Notes: generated from the letters alone by a model not told the origin. 64,000 nucleotides of DNA from Phycisphaeraceae bacterium (GCA_040905565.1 JBBDRF010000092.1:146916-210915), one strand, 5' to 3'. Numbered from the stretch's first letter, positions 20,062-30,859 are shown. A program made the numbers and translations.

Positions 20062-21342
20062 GTGAAAGTCCGGCACAACAGAAAACGCGGCGTCGTCCTA
20101 ATCTGGGTGACGCTGACGATAATGGTTCTCGTGGCGCTGGTGGGGCTGGTGGTGGACACCGGCTACGCGCTTTTCGCTCAGCAGCGACTGCAGGTCGCGG
20201 CCGACGCCTCGGCACTCGCGGGCGCGCAGTTCGTACGCCGGGATGTTGAAGACGCTCGCGCACGTGCCGCTGGGATCGCACTGAGCAACCGCGCGGCCAA
20301 CAAGGAAGTGGTGCTCAACCTTAACTCTGAGAACGACGTGGACGGCGATATCGTGGTCGGCCATTTCCAGCGTGCCACGGAAGATGAAGAAGCCGTATTC
20401 ACGCCCGGATACGACAACATGAATGCTGTGAAAGTTGTGGCGCGGCGGACGCAGGACCACGTCAACGGTGCGGTGCCGCTTACGTTTGGGCGGATTGTCG
20501 GCGTCAGCGAAGTGAACGTTCAGTCCAGCGCGATCGCCATGATCGGTGGCGGCACTGGCGGCGGGCTGATCGCCCTCAATTGCGATCCGGAGGTTGACGC
20601 CATCTACGTCGAGGGCAGTCCGATCCTCGACGTGCAGGGCGGGGCCGTTATCTCCAACGGCCAGATTCAAATCGGTGGCAGCGCGGTGGTGGACGCACCC
20701 GCCGGATTCTGGTCCATGGGTGGTATGCACAGCCCCGGCAACAGCGAGGCCGACATCACGGGGGAGCATCATTACCTGGAGGATTGCGTGAGCGATCCCC
20801 TCGCCTTCCTGCAGGACGTTACGCCTTACTACGGCGAGGACCTGGGGATGATCGACACCTCCGGCGCCCAAGCCGATTTTCCGCCGGGATACTACAGCGA
20901 AGGCTTGCGGATCGGTGCCGGTGACGACGTGACGCTGGACCCGGGCATCTACATCCTCGGCGGTGAAGGTCTACAGCTCCGCGGCCAATCAAATCTGCAC
21001 GCGGAAGGCGTGATGTTTTACATCGTGGACGGTGGGAGCCTGTATCTCGGAGGCAACGCCACGGTGCACATGACGCCCCTGCAGGACGGCAGCAGCCCGT
21101 TCAACGGCGTGACGGTCTACCAGACCACCGATGCGCAGGCCACGATGATCGGCACCAGCGGCAACACCATCGAGGGCACACTCTACTTCCCGCATGCTGA
21201 GCTGGAGCTCTCCGGCGAGGGTGACGGCTTCGGTAATCAGGTGATTGCTAATAAGTTCCACATTTCAGGCACCGGCACCAAGACCATTGCCTATGAAGGC
21301 GATGAGGAAGCGGTCGGCAATCGCATCTTCATCGTCCGCTGA
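20062..21342 (+). CDS. tadG: TadG-like pilus assembly protein
   Basis: RKRG|VVLIWV prepilin-like N-terminus, VDTGY...LQVAADASALAGA, Gly-rich beta C-terminal domain. Confidence 0.8.
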   Translation: MKVRHNRKRGVVLIWVTLTIMVLVALVGLVVDTGYALFAQQRLQVAADASALAGAQFVRRDVEDARARAAGIALSNRAANKEVVLNLNSENDVDGDIVVGHFQRATEDEEAVFTPGYDNMNAVKVVARRTQDHVNGAVPLTFGRIVGVSEVNVQSSAIAMIGGGTGGGLIALNCDPEVDAIYVEGSPILDVQGGAVISNGQIQIGGSAVVDAPAGFWSMGGMHSPGNSEADITGEHHYLEDCVSDPLAFLQDVTPYYGEDLGMIDTSGAQADFPPGYYSEGLRIGAGDDVTLDPGIYILGGEGLQLRGQSNLHAEGVMFYIVDGGSLYLGGNATVHMTPLQDGSSPFNGVTVYQTTDAQATMIGTSGNTIEGTLYFPHAELELSGEGDGFGNQVIANKFHISGTGTKTIAYEGDEEAVGNRIFIVR

Positions 21343-21854
21343 TCGTCTGAGGTAGTATCCGCTTCGCGTGCTGTTGACGTATCGGTGTCAGAAGTGCCCA
21401 TCGCCACATTGCGAGATGGAGCCCTATGTCGCCGGGCTTCCAAGTATGTTCCGGTTGCTAGGGCTGACGCAGCCGAAGTGGAACGCGCGAGCGCGCAATC
21501 GGGTTGATAGAAGGGCAGCCAACAGCCATGCAAGCGTCGTGAAATTTTTTTTGTAGGGTGTGATCGGCGCAGGTTCGGATGAATTATGCTCGTGTCAGGC
21601 ACCGGTACAGATTGCTGGCACATGTTGCACAAGTTGAACATCGCACCCGAAACTATCAACGCAATAGTTGGCCTCTCAGCATCTTCTGATCGCCTTAAGG
21701 AAAGGAGGAGGGGGGCAACTTCTGCAGCATCTCACTCACGGGGGCCGGGGGCTTTACGGAGACGTGCCTGGGGAGAACTCCTAGGTCTGGTAGCGGTGGA
21801 GCGAGGCCGCTCGGCTAAACTGGGGGGTGGCTTTAGTGTTTTTCGTAAATAATG

Positions 21855-21883
21855 TTGTTATGAGAATCGGGCAGGGTTACAGT
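21855..21883 (+). promoter_or_regulatory. Candidate sigma70-type promoter for the flp operon
   Basis: TTGTTA-N17-TACAGT preceded by an AT-rich tract, about 185 bp upstream of flp. Confidence 0.35.
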
Positions 21884-22066
21884 CAATGCAGTGAGGCGTT
21901 GCGAACATCGGCTCGCCTTCGTTACTAGAACAGTCCAGGGTAATGAAGCGACAACTGAAGAGGGCAACTTAGGAACCTAAGTCGGCGTGGAAACGGTCGA
22001 ACGTTCGGCCTGCCGGCTCGGAAACCGCTGTCGCATGCGCGGCGGCAGAAACGAAGGAGCTACGCG

Positions 22067-22249
22067 ATGTTGAATGTGATGAAACGATTCGTCAAAGAAG
22101 AAGAAGGCCTCGAGCTCGTCGAGTACGCCATCATGGCGGCCCTGCTCGTCGTTGGTTTGGTGGCGGCGATCACCGGCTTGGGCACGTCCATCTCTGACAA
22201 GTTCACGGATATTGGTACGGAGATTGACGATGCCGGCACCACCCCATAA
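22067..22249 (+). CDS. flp: Flp family type IVb pilin
   Basis: 60 aa, FVKEEEG|LELVEYAIM cleavage and EY motif, hydrophobic helix; AAGGAG RBS. Confidence 0.92.
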   Translation: MLNVMKRFVKEEEGLELVEYAIMAALLVVGLVAAITGLGTSISDKFTDIGTEIDDAGTTP

Positions 22250-22268
22250 CCGTCCCGGGGCTTAAACA

Positions 22269-22325
22269 GCTACCGCCAGTTTCGTGGGGCGTCGTGATCG
22301 GCGCCTCGCGAACGGCGGCGGTAGC
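22269..22325 (+). terminator. Long stem-loop after flp (mRNA stabiliser or partial terminator)
   Basis: gctaccgcc/ggcggtagc outer stem plus ttcgtggggcgtcg-tgat-cggcgcctcgcgaa inner stem; no U-tract. Confidence 0.55.
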
Positions 22326-22383
22326 GGCCTTGAGGCGGCAGGGGGGCATGCTGGATCGCGGAGGGGGATCAAGAGCAGGGGCG

Positions 22384-22641
22384 ATGCTTATGTGGCGGCA
22401 AGAAAAACGATTCGCAGAGGACGAAAGCGGGCTTGAGCTGGTTGAATGGAGCGTACTCATGGCCCTGCTGGTGGTGAGCCTGGTTGCTGTGATTGGCGAC
22501 CTGGGCGGGAGCGTCGGCCGGGCGTTCGGCAACGTCCAAAGCGCCATGGCTGATGAGGCTTTCGTCCCACCGGGGCACGGGGGCGAGGTGCCGGGAAATC
22601 CCCCTGATCACGCCAACGCTGGCGGGAACAGCAATCCGTGA
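22384..22641 (+). CDS. flp: Second Flp-like pilin with Pro/Gly/His-rich tail
   Basis: FAEDESG|LELVEWSVLMALL, paralogous to the first pilin. Confidence 0.8.
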   Translation: MLMWRQEKRFAEDESGLELVEWSVLMALLVVSLVAVIGDLGGSVGRAFGNVQSAMADEAFVPPGHGGEVPGNPPDHANAGGNSNP

Positions 22642-22648
22642 GGAAGTT

Positions 22649-23215
22649 ATGAGCGGGATGTTAGAAGCCGAATGGATTGAGGTTGTGCCTTGGATGGCGG
22701 TGGTGGGCGGCGCGCTGGTGGCCGCGGTGACTGACTGCCGCACAAGGCGGATCCGCAACGTGCTGACGTTCCCGTTGCTGCTGGCGGGGTTGATCTTCGG
22801 TGGCGTGGTCGGAGGGGTCAGCGGTCTTGGTTCGGCGCTGCTGGGCATGCTCGTTCTGGGCGTCCCGTTTGTGGTGCTCTTTGTAGTGGCGTCGGGTGGT
22901 GCGGGGGATGCGAAACTGATGGGTGCGATCGGCGCGTGGTTGGGCGTGGGGCCTGGCTTGCCGGTGCTGGCGGCGGTGTTCATCTGGGGTGGTGTGATGG
23001 GGATCGTTTACGCGGTGTACAAGCGGCAGGCGGGGCAGGTGGGGAGGAGCGTGGCCATGCTCGGCATGGGCACGTTGATGGCGGCGGCGAGCAGAGGCAG
23101 GAACACAACGGCCCTGCATGCGGCGCAGGCGATGCCCGGCAGCGGCATGCGTATGCCGTACGGCCTGGCGATCCTGGCGGGAGTTCTTACCGGGGGGGTA
23201 TGGACGTGGCTTTGA
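22649..23215 (+). CDS. cpaA: A24 prepilin peptidase (CpaA/TadV)
   Basis: AAVTDCRTRRIRN, GAGDAKLMGAIGAWLG, MPYGLAI. Confidence 0.9.
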   Translation: MSGMLEAEWIEVVPWMAVVGGALVAAVTDCRTRRIRNVLTFPLLLAGLIFGGVVGGVSGLGSALLGMLVLGVPFVVLFVVASGGAGDAKLMGAIGAWLGVGPGLPVLAAVFIWGGVMGIVYAVYKRQAGQVGRSVAMLGMGTLMAAASRGRNTTALHAAQAMPGSGMRMPYGLAILAGVLTGGVWTWL

Positions 23216-23652
23216 ACGGTTTACGCAGGAGATCGGCTCGGGGAAGAGGTCGCTGGCAGCGTCGGGGCATCTCGCTTCTGGAAGCGGCGATGGTGCTGCC
23301 GATCGTGTTGCTTCTGACTTTCGGGCTCATCGAGTACGCGTGGATATTTCTCAAGAGTCAGCAGGTCGCCAGTGCGGCGAGGAACGGTGCGCGGGCGGCT
23401 TCGCTGCCGGACGCTCAGCAGGGCGAGGTGGTCGAGTCGGTCCGCCAATACCTGGAGGATCGTGGGCTGGACGGCGAGGGCGTTGCGGCAATCGTTCTGA
23501 CGCCGGCGAACCTGAGCGATGCAAGTTCGGGTGAGCACGTGGAGGTAAGCGTGACGGTGGATTACCAGAAGGTCTCGATCACGGGGCTTCGGCTGATTCC
23601 CCGGCCCGAGTCGCTGGGCAGCAGTACGACGATGGCGAAGGAAGGGCCATGA
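23200..23652 (+). CDS. tadE: TadE-like pseudopilin
   Basis: RRG|ISLLEAAMVLP...FGLIEY...AARNGARAA. Confidence 0.88.
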   Translation: MDVALNGLRRRSARGRGRWQRRGISLLEAAMVLPIVLLLTFGLIEYAWIFLKSQQVASAARNGARAASLPDAQQGEVVESVRQYLEDRGLDGEGVAAIVLTPANLSDASSGEHVEVSVTVDYQKVSITGLRLIPRPESLGSSTTMAKEGP

Positions 23653-23734
23653 GTCGGTCGGGCGGCCCAGGCGAGCACGGCGGCAGCCGGCTGCGGGCGA
23701 AGGATCATCGAAGCAACGGGCACAGGAGCGGATC

Positions 23735-24718
23735 ATGAAGGGCACGATACTCGGACTGATGGCGCTGGGATTGATAGCGGCCGTTTCGGCGATGCTGCTG
23801 GTCTCGGCGATGATGGCCCAGGAAGGCACGGCAGCGCCGGGCGAAGCAGAGGTCGTCGCGGAGTCAGATGTGGAGGTGGTGGTGGCGCGATCAAGCTTGA
23901 ATGCGCTGCACCAGGTCACGCAGGACGATGTGGTGGTTGAGCGCGTGAGCAAGAGCGAGGCGCCCGAGGGGGCGATGGGGCCGTCGTGGGTGATCGGCCG
24001 AACGATTTCGCTGCCGATGGCAGAAGGTCAAACCTTCACCCGGCGCAGCTTCACGGGTGAGGGACCGGGGGCTCATCTTGCGGCAGCGCTTCCGGATGGC
24101 AAGCGGGCGGTGAGCGTGCCCCTTGATACGTATTCAGGGATGGAAGGTCTGCTTTATCCGGGAAGCGTCGTGGACGTGGTGGCCTCACTGGGATCGCGGG
24201 CTGCGACGGCCGGCTCGGGTGCGGCATCGATCACGTTATTGGAGAGCGTGCAGGTGCTGGGCGTTCATGATCGCACCATCGTCAACAGCAACGATGAGGA
24301 CGAAGAGGAAGCAAGTGACACCAGTTCAACCGGCGATCGACGCAATAGCCAGAGCCGAGTCACGCTGATGGTGGATTCGGACCAGCTGCGGGCCCTGCAG
24401 TTGGCGATGGAGCATGGCAATGTCACGCTCGCGCTGCGGAATCCCAGCGACCGTTTGGGAGCCGAGGGCGTGACGTTCCTCAGCGAGCTAACCCACGAGG
24501 GACGGCCGAGGCCGAGCGACGAGCAACTCGCTGAGATGCTGCGGCGGTCGCAGGATGAAACGATGGAAGCGGTGGCGGCGATGCTGAATCGGCAGCCGTC
24601 GACGAAGAATCCTGAGGCGACCAGTGAGTCGCCGCAGGAGCAAGAAGCACGGGGATGGGATGTGGACGTTCTCCGTGGCGGCAAACTCGAAACGCGGCGC
24701 CTGGTGCAGCAGCCCTGA
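23735..24718 (+). CDS. cpaB: Flp pilus assembly protein CpaB/RcpC
   Basis: N-terminal TM, SAF-like VVVAR segment, LPDGKRAVSV, GLLYPGSVVDVV, LALRNP. Confidence 0.9.
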   Translation: MKGTILGLMALGLIAAVSAMLLVSAMMAQEGTAAPGEAEVVAESDVEVVVARSSLNALHQVTQDDVVVERVSKSEAPEGAMGPSWVIGRTISLPMAEGQTFTRRSFTGEGPGAHLAAALPDGKRAVSVPLDTYSGMEGLLYPGSVVDVVASLGSRAATAGSGAASITLLESVQVLGVHDRTIVNSNDEDEEEASDTSSTGDRRNSQSRVTLMVDSDQLRALQLAMEHGNVTLALRNPSDRLGAEGVTFLSELTHEGRPRPSDEQLAEMLRRSQDETMEAVAAMLNRQPSTKNPEATSESPQEQEARGWDVDVLRGGKLETRRLVQQP

Positions 24719-24767
24719 GGCCGCTGCAACTGGTTAGGGCTTGGCTTCAATGGCAAGGAAAGTGCAT

Positions 24768-26291
24768 ATGATGAATTCGACGACTGCGATCGCGGGTATG
24801 CTCGGATGCGCAACGCTGCTGTTCTCACCTGCGACAGGGTTGGCGCAGGAGGAGACTGAGCCATCGCCACCCACTTCGGCGCCGGTGATCGTGCATGGCG
24901 GCGAAGACGACCTGGAACGCGTGGAGATCTTTCAGGGCCGCTCGCGCGCCATTCAGGCGCCGTGGCCGGTTCAGCGGGTGGCGGTAACTGACGAGGAAAT
25001 CGCGGACGTGGTCGTGCTTTCGCCGCGACAGGTCATGCTCCTGGGCAGGCAAGTGGGGGCGACGGATGTGATTCTCTGGGGCGAGGATGAGGAGCAGGTC
25101 TGGCAGGCGAGAGTGCGGGTGGTCTCGGACCTGGACGACCTGCGTGCGGAACTGGAGGATATGTTTGAAGGCTCGGATTTAAAGCTGCGGGAGATTGGCG
25201 GCACCGTGATTGTCAGCGGCATGCTTCGCCGGGCCGAGCACGGGGCGAATCTTGCCGACCTGCTCGACGCCCGCGGGCTGCCCTTTACAGACATGACCAC
25301 CCTGGCGGGGGTTCAGCAGGTGCAGATCGAAGTGCGCGTGGCGGAGGCAAGCCGCAACGCGATCCGCGCTCTAGGTGTGAACTTGTTCCACGCCAGCGAC
25401 GATTTCGTCGGCGGGCTCATACCCGATGGATCTCCGCTTGCTTCCGGCGAGATCGCGCCGGATTTCCTCGAATCAATCAATGTCAGCCCCGGCGTGTCGC
25501 TGTTCGCCGGCATTCCCGCTGCGGACATGCAGGTGTTTATCCGGGCCCTCGCAGAGAACCAGTACATTCGGATGCTGGCTGAGCCGAATCTCGTAGCGAT
25601 GAGCGGCGAGGAGGCGAGCTTCCTCGCCGGCGGCGAATTCCCCATCCCCGTTGTGCAGGGCGGCGCGGCCGATGGAACGGCCATCAGCATCGAGTATCGC
25701 GAGTTTGGGGTGCGGCTGGCCTTTCGGCCCACCGTTCTGGGCGACGGCACGATTCACCTGCACGTCGCGCCCGAAGTCAGCGAGCTGACCGATGTGGGTG
25801 CCGTGACGATTCAGGGCTTCCAGGTGCCTGCGCTGGTAACGCGCCGGGCGGAGACGACTGTCGAGCTTAAGAGCGGGCAGTCGTTCGCCATGGCGGGGCT
25901 GTTGCAGGACAGCGTGAGCGCACGCAACGCGGGCATCCCGGGTCTGCGGGATGTGCCGGTGCTGGGCGCCCTGTTCCGGTCGGTCCGCTACGAGCGCGGC
26001 GAGACGGAGCTGGTCGTGCTGGTGACGGCGAAGCTGGTGGAGCCGCTGAGCGATGTGGCGCGTCGACCCGTGCCCGACGTGCAGCATCAGGAGCCGACGT
26101 CGTGGGAGCTATTCGTAGACGGGCGCATCGAAACGGATCGCCCGTCGCCACTTGCATCCGTCGATGCCCAATGGATGCGGGCGCAGGGCCTGCACCGACT
26201 CCAGGGCCCGGGCGCCTGGGCTAACTTTGAGCAGGCGCGGGTGCCGTTGCGCAGGCCGAGGCCGAAGCGGCGAGATCGGGACGGGCAATGA
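24768..26291 (+). CDS. cpaC: Secretin CpaC/RcpA
   Basis: QVQIEVRVAE, LAEPNLVAMSGEEASFLAGGEFPIP, IPGLRDVPVLGALF, TELVVLVT. Confidence 0.93.
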   Translation: MMNSTTAIAGMLGCATLLFSPATGLAQEETEPSPPTSAPVIVHGGEDDLERVEIFQGRSRAIQAPWPVQRVAVTDEEIADVVVLSPRQVMLLGRQVGATDVILWGEDEEQVWQARVRVVSDLDDLRAELEDMFEGSDLKLREIGGTVIVSGMLRRAEHGANLADLLDARGLPFTDMTTLAGVQQVQIEVRVAEASRNAIRALGVNLFHASDDFVGGLIPDGSPLASGEIAPDFLESINVSPGVSLFAGIPAADMQVFIRALAENQYIRMLAEPNLVAMSGEEASFLAGGEFPIPVVQGGAADGTAISIEYREFGVRLAFRPTVLGDGTIHLHVAPEVSELTDVGAVTIQGFQVPALVTRRAETTVELKSGQSFAMAGLLQDSVSARNAGIPGLRDVPVLGALFRSVRYERGETELVVLVTAKLVEPLSDVARRPVPDVQHQEPTSWELFVDGRIETDRPSPLASVDAQWMRAQGLHRLQGPGAWANFEQARVPLRRPRPKRRDRDGQ

Positions 26292-27337
26292 AGGGGCCTC
26301 GCACGACGGATGCGGTTAAAGGAGGCGTGGTAATTTTGGACTCTCCCGGACTCGCGTTGATATCCAGCGATCAGCAGTTGCACGCTGCAGTGAGCGAGGC
26401 TTTGTCCTCCAACGGAACCACGTACCCGCTAGATTCCACCTGCGGAACTCTGGCCGAGGCACGCAAGCGTCTGGACCGTTCGCCAGCTTCCGTGGCGCTG
26501 GTCGATATGCGGGATGCGCCCAACCTGAACGAACTCGGGCCTCTGATCGGTCGGTACAACACAACCCGTTTCGTGGTCATTGCTGAACAGCGTGATCCGG
26601 AACTGCTGATGCAGGCGATGCAGGTGGGCGTGCGTTTTGTGATGAGTCGTGGATCGGTCCGCCAGGATCTCAGCGGCGTGCTCGGGCGCTTCAGAGAAGC
26701 AGACCGGGCAGAGGAGCCGCCGGTTGGGAGCCTCGTGACCGTGCTGTCGGCAGGCGGCGGTTCGGGCGCCACGACCATCGCCGTGAACCTCGCCGACGAA
26801 CTGCGACGTCTCTGCAAAGCGCCGGCCCTGCTGATCGACATGGACGTGAACTACGGTGCCGCCGGCTCATACCTCGGCATGGAAGGAACGTACGGCATTG
26901 CCGACGTGCTCAATCGCGGACAGGTCGATCAGCAACTGCTTCAGTCGACAGCCCAGTCGCATGACGACGATCTCGACGTGCTGCTGAGCCCGGTGGCGAC
27001 GCAATCGTTCGACCCGTCCCCGCTCAACGGCGCAAATCTTCAGTCCGCGCTTGACGCCTGTCGCCGCTGCTATACCAGCACGGTCATCGATGCGCCGCGG
27101 GTGTCGATGGAGTTCGTTGAAACGCTCGTTGCCAACAGTCACGCGGTACTGCTGGTCCTCCAACTCGGCGTGAAGGATGTGCGGATGGCCAGCACGATGC
27201 TTAAGGCGATGCGCCGCCGGGGGATGCCGATGGATCAGGTCATGCCGGTGATCAACCGCTACCGAGGCCGACACCAGTGGCTGAACCTCGCCGAGGTGCA
27301 GGAAGCGCTGGGCGAGGTGGAAGTGGGGCGGGTGAGC
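26288..27337 (+). pseudogene. cpaE: CpaE/TadZ (receiver-like plus MinD-like), C-terminus apparently lost by fusion to cpaF
   Basis: SAGGGSGATTIAVNLA, LIDMD, VIDAP, VINR; runs directly into the CpaF motif VSDVLINGP at 27332. Confidence 0.8.
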
Positions 27338-28379
27338 GACGTGCTGATCAACGGACCGCATCAGATCTACGTGGAGTCGGTACGGCAGGCTGACGCCCAC
27401 CACCGACATCAGCTTTCACGATGACAAGCACCTCATCCAGGTGATCCAGCGAATCGCCAATTCCGTGGGCCGGCGCATCGATGAGGCCTCGCCCATGCTC
27501 GATGCGCGTCTGGAGGACGGCTCGCGCGTCAATGCGATCATCCCGCCGCTGGCGCTGGATGGGCCGGCGATGAGCATCCGTCGTTTCGCCGCCGTGCCGA
27601 TCACCGTCGAGAAACTCGTCGAGTTCGACGCGATGGCTGAGCCAATGGCCCAGTTCCTGCATGCATGCGTCAAGGCCAAGCGTAACATTCTGATTGCCGG
27701 GGGCACCGGGTCTGGTAAGACGACGCTGCTGAACGTGCTTTCGCGTTGGATCCCCGACGGGGAGCGGGTGGTGACTATTGAGGATGCCGCCGAGCTTCAG
27801 TTACAGCGTGACCACGTGGTGCGTCTGGAGACGCGGCCGCCCAACATCGAAGGCCGCGGTGAAGTCAGCCAGCGCGAGCTACTGCGCAACACGCTCCGCA
27901 TGCGGCCCGACCGCATCATCGTCGGCGAGGTTCGCGGTGCCGAATCGCTGGACATGCTCCAGGCGATGAACACCGGTCACGAAGGATCCATGACCACGGT
28001 TCACGCCAACAGTAGCCGCGACGCGATCAGCCGTGTCGAGAACATGGTCGCCATGGCGGGGTTCAACTATCCCATCAATGTGGTGCGCACGCAGATCGCG
28101 GCCGCCCTCGACATCGTGGTGCATCTCAGTCGTCTTACCGGTGGTCGGCGAAAGCTGCTGGCAATCTCCGAACTCACCGGCCTGGAGGGAGACGTTGTCT
28201 GCATTCAGGATCTGTTCGCGTTCAAGCAGACAAGCATCGACGCCGAGGGCCATGCCGTGGGGCACTTTGAGGCCACGGGTGTACGTCCGAAGATGATGAA
28301 CGAAATACAGTCCGAGGGCATCGACCTTCCGCCTGATCTGTTCCAGCGGCGTGTGATGTCCGAGGGAGCAGCCGGATGA
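27332..28379 (+). pseudogene. cpaF: CpaF/TadA assembly ATPase, N-terminally truncated with a +1 frameshift
   Basis: [15 protein letters not shown], an extra base near 27377, then [20 protein letters not shown]; Walker [32 protein letters not shown]. Confidence 0.88.
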
Positions 28380-29356
28380 ACGACGTTACCGACATCATTC
28401 GCCTCGTCGCGATGATCTCCGTCTTCGGCCTCATCATCAGCGTATGGGCCATGGGCGTCTGGTTCTGGGCCCTGCGACAGGTGGGGCGCAAACGACATCT
28501 GCAGCAGCGGCTGCATCTTGGTGAGGTCGCCCCGGAGCATAGCCGGGTTGTCCGGCTGTGGCTCGACGGCGAGGATGTCTCGACGCTGGTCGAGGGCGTT
28601 GGCAGTCGTTCGCTGTTGGACAAGCTGGAACACATGCGTCGCGACGCTGGGCTGCCCTGGCCGGCGGCAACGTTGGCGCTTCTCCTCGCTGGCGGCGTCA
28701 GCATGACAGGCTTGATGGTTGCCGCGTGGAGCGGGACCGCGCTGCTCGGCGGGATCGCAGCAGCCACCGTGCTTCTCGTGTTCTGGATCTACATCAACCG
28801 CCGCATTGCGAAGCGGGCGCTTCTCTTTGATCGTCAACTGGTCGACGCGATGGACCTTGCAGCACGTTCGCTGCGTGCGGGTCACCCGCTCAATGCCGCG
28901 TTCCAACTGATAGCCGACGAAGTTCCCGACCCGGTAGGGGGCACCTTCTCGGAAATCTGCCAACAGCAGGAGCTAGGCGTCGGCACGGAGGAGGCCATCC
29001 GTGTCGCAGCAGGAAAAACGCACAGCAGCGACATGAAACTCTTCGGCACAGCGGTGACCATCCAGCTGCGCAGCGGCGGCAATCTGGCCGAAATGATGTA
29101 CCGGCTGGCCCACGTCATTCGGGATCGCATGCGTCTGCAACGGCGTGTTCAGGTGCTCACGGCACAGACGCAGTTCAGCAAAAACGTGCTCCTCGCTCTG
29201 CCGTTCATCATCATTGCGGCGCTCCACGTCGTCAGCCCCGACTACCTCACGCCGATGTTCCACACGCGCGGCGGCCAGCAGATGCTCGCAGTGGCGGGTG
29301 TATGTCTGCTGCTCGGAGCGTGGATGATGAATTACCTCTCAAAAATCCGCTACTGA
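28376..29356 (+). CDS. tadB: TadB (T2SS F family)
   Basis: [31 protein letters not shown] helices. Confidence 0.9.
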   Translation: MNDVTDIIRLVAMISVFGLIISVWAMGVWFWALRQVGRKRHLQQRLHLGEVAPEHSRVVRLWLDGEDVSTLVEGVGSRSLLDKLEHMRRDAGLPWPAATLALLLAGGVSMTGLMVAAWSGTALLGGIAAATVLLVFWIYINRRIAKRALLFDRQLVDAMDLAARSLRAGHPLNAAFQLIADEVPDPVGGTFSEICQQQELGVGTEEAIRVAAGKTHSSDMKLFGTAVTIQLRSGGNLAEMMYRLAHVIRDRMRLQRRVQVLTAQTQFSKNVLLALPFIIIAALHVVSPDYLTPMFHTRGGQQMLAVAGVCLLLGAWMMNYLSKIRY

Positions 29357-29386
29357 TCGGACCTCTGATGAAGGCGACAGTCTGAC

Positions 29387-30313
29387 ATGCTCGAATCTCT
29401 GCTCATTGGTGGGCTCGTGTTTTTCGCCGTCGTAACTGTCGGCGGTGCATTGGTGGCCGTGCGCGCATCACGGCGTGATGTCATCCGAAGCCGACTGCAG
29501 ACAAGTGACTATCGACCTGTCACCGCGTTTCCCGACACGCCCGATTCGAGGACGGGGCCTGACGGTCTGGGCAAGGCTCTGCAGACGCTCGGCCACGCCG
29601 CCGGCGCCAGGAATCCTTCCAAGCGTCTGGAGCAGGAACTGCTCCGGGCTGGCTACTACCAACCGACCGCTGTGGCGATCTTCTTCGGCGCGAAAGCTGT
29701 CGCTTTCTTCGGCGGCTTGGGCCTTTTGACGTTGATCACAATCCCGACCGACATCGCGCCGATGATGCAACTGATGCTGATCGTCACCGGCGCCGCGGCT
29801 CTCTCCGTCACGCCCAACATCTTTCTAAGCATCTGCAAGTCGAGGCGTGAGCAGGAAATTCGGCAGTTCTTCCCCGATGCGATCGACCTTTTGGAAATAT
29901 GCATCTCTTCGGGCATGGCGCTGCATTCGGCTTGGAACGCCGTCACCGAAGAGGTACGGGCGGTGAGCACCGATCTCGCCGACGAAATGGCGCTGACGGC
30001 CCTGGAGACTCAACTGGGCGTGGCCACCCACGAAGCGCTACGGCACATGGCCGACCGGACCGGCGCTCAAGAGATCGATTCGCTTACCTCAGTCATCATT
30101 CAATCCGAGCGCTTCGGCACAAGCGTTGCCGAGGCGCTCAGCACCTTCGCAGCCACCGTGCGCGAGGAACGCAGCATGCGTGCACAGGAAGCGGCGGAGA
30201 AGATGGCCGTGAAACTCATCCTGCCGATGGTTCTGTTTATCTTTCCCGCCGTCATGATCGTCATGGTCGGGCCGGCTTTCCTGACACTCATGCGAGGGCT
30301 CGCAGATTTGTAG
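29387..30313 (+). CDS. tadC: TadC (T2SS F family)
   Basis: FPDAIDLL, IQSERFGTSV, AEKMAVKLILPMVLFIFP. Confidence 0.9.
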   Translation: MLESLLIGGLVFFAVVTVGGALVAVRASRRDVIRSRLQTSDYRPVTAFPDTPDSRTGPDGLGKALQTLGHAAGARNPSKRLEQELLRAGYYQPTAVAIFFGAKAVAFFGGLGLLTLITIPTDIAPMMQLMLIVTGAAALSVTPNIFLSICKSRREQEIRQFFPDAIDLLEICISSGMALHSAWNAVTEEVRAVSTDLADEMALTALETQLGVATHEALRHMADRTGAQEIDSLTSVIIQSERFGTSVAEALSTFAATVREERSMRAQEAAEKMAVKLILPMVLFIFPAVMIVMVGPAFLTLMRGLADL

Positions 30314-30355
30314 GCCATGAGCCGTTTTCTGTAGAAAGACCAAAAGGATCGCAGC

Positions 30356-30859
30356 GTGAAAAACTATCTCCTCCCGTTTGTGCTTGCCGGCGCCGCATGC
30401 GTCGGCTGCCAGGATCCCGTATCGCCTCCCTTTTCAGATGAACGTGTGGCAACGAATCGCTGGGCTGTCGAAACTTATTCCGAAGATTCGGCCGGGCTTG
30501 CCATCATCCGCCAGCGCACCGTTTATCCGCACCACTTCGTCACCGATGTTTCGGTGCTCAACGAACTCGGCGCTCACGAACTGGGCATTCTCGCCCCCCA
30601 CCTGCGCGAACATGGCGGGAAACTGAACGTCGCCCGGGGCGGGGCGGATAACGATCTCTACCAGCGGCGACTGGACAGCGTCCAGAACTATCTGCTCGAC
30701 GCCGGGCTTGAGGAGGAGCAGATCGCGCTGGCTGACGAGTTGCCGGGAGGTGAAGGCCTGCCCGGCCGCCACGTCATTGTCATTCTCGGCGGGCCCGTCA
30801 CGATCCCCAACTACCCCAACCGCGGCGATGCGCTGCAGCGACCGGAGGTCCAGCAATGA
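30356..30859 (+). CDS. Tad-associated lipoprotein of unknown function
   Basis: Lipobox-like ACVGC after a hydrophobic leader; in operon, overlaps the start of the next gene. Confidence 0.7.
   Translation: MKNYLLPFVLAGAACVGCQDPVSPPFSDERVATNRWAVETYSEDSAGLAIIRQRTVYPHHFVTDVSVLNELGAHELGILAPHLREHGGKLNVARGGADNDLYQRRLDSVQNYLLDAGLEEEQIALADELPGGEGLPGRHVIVILGGPVTIPNYPNRGDALQRPEVQQ

Noticed and set aside
21596..21630. Sigma54 promoter (tggcacatgttgc)
   Set aside because: The GG-GC spacing is 8 bp rather than the required 10.
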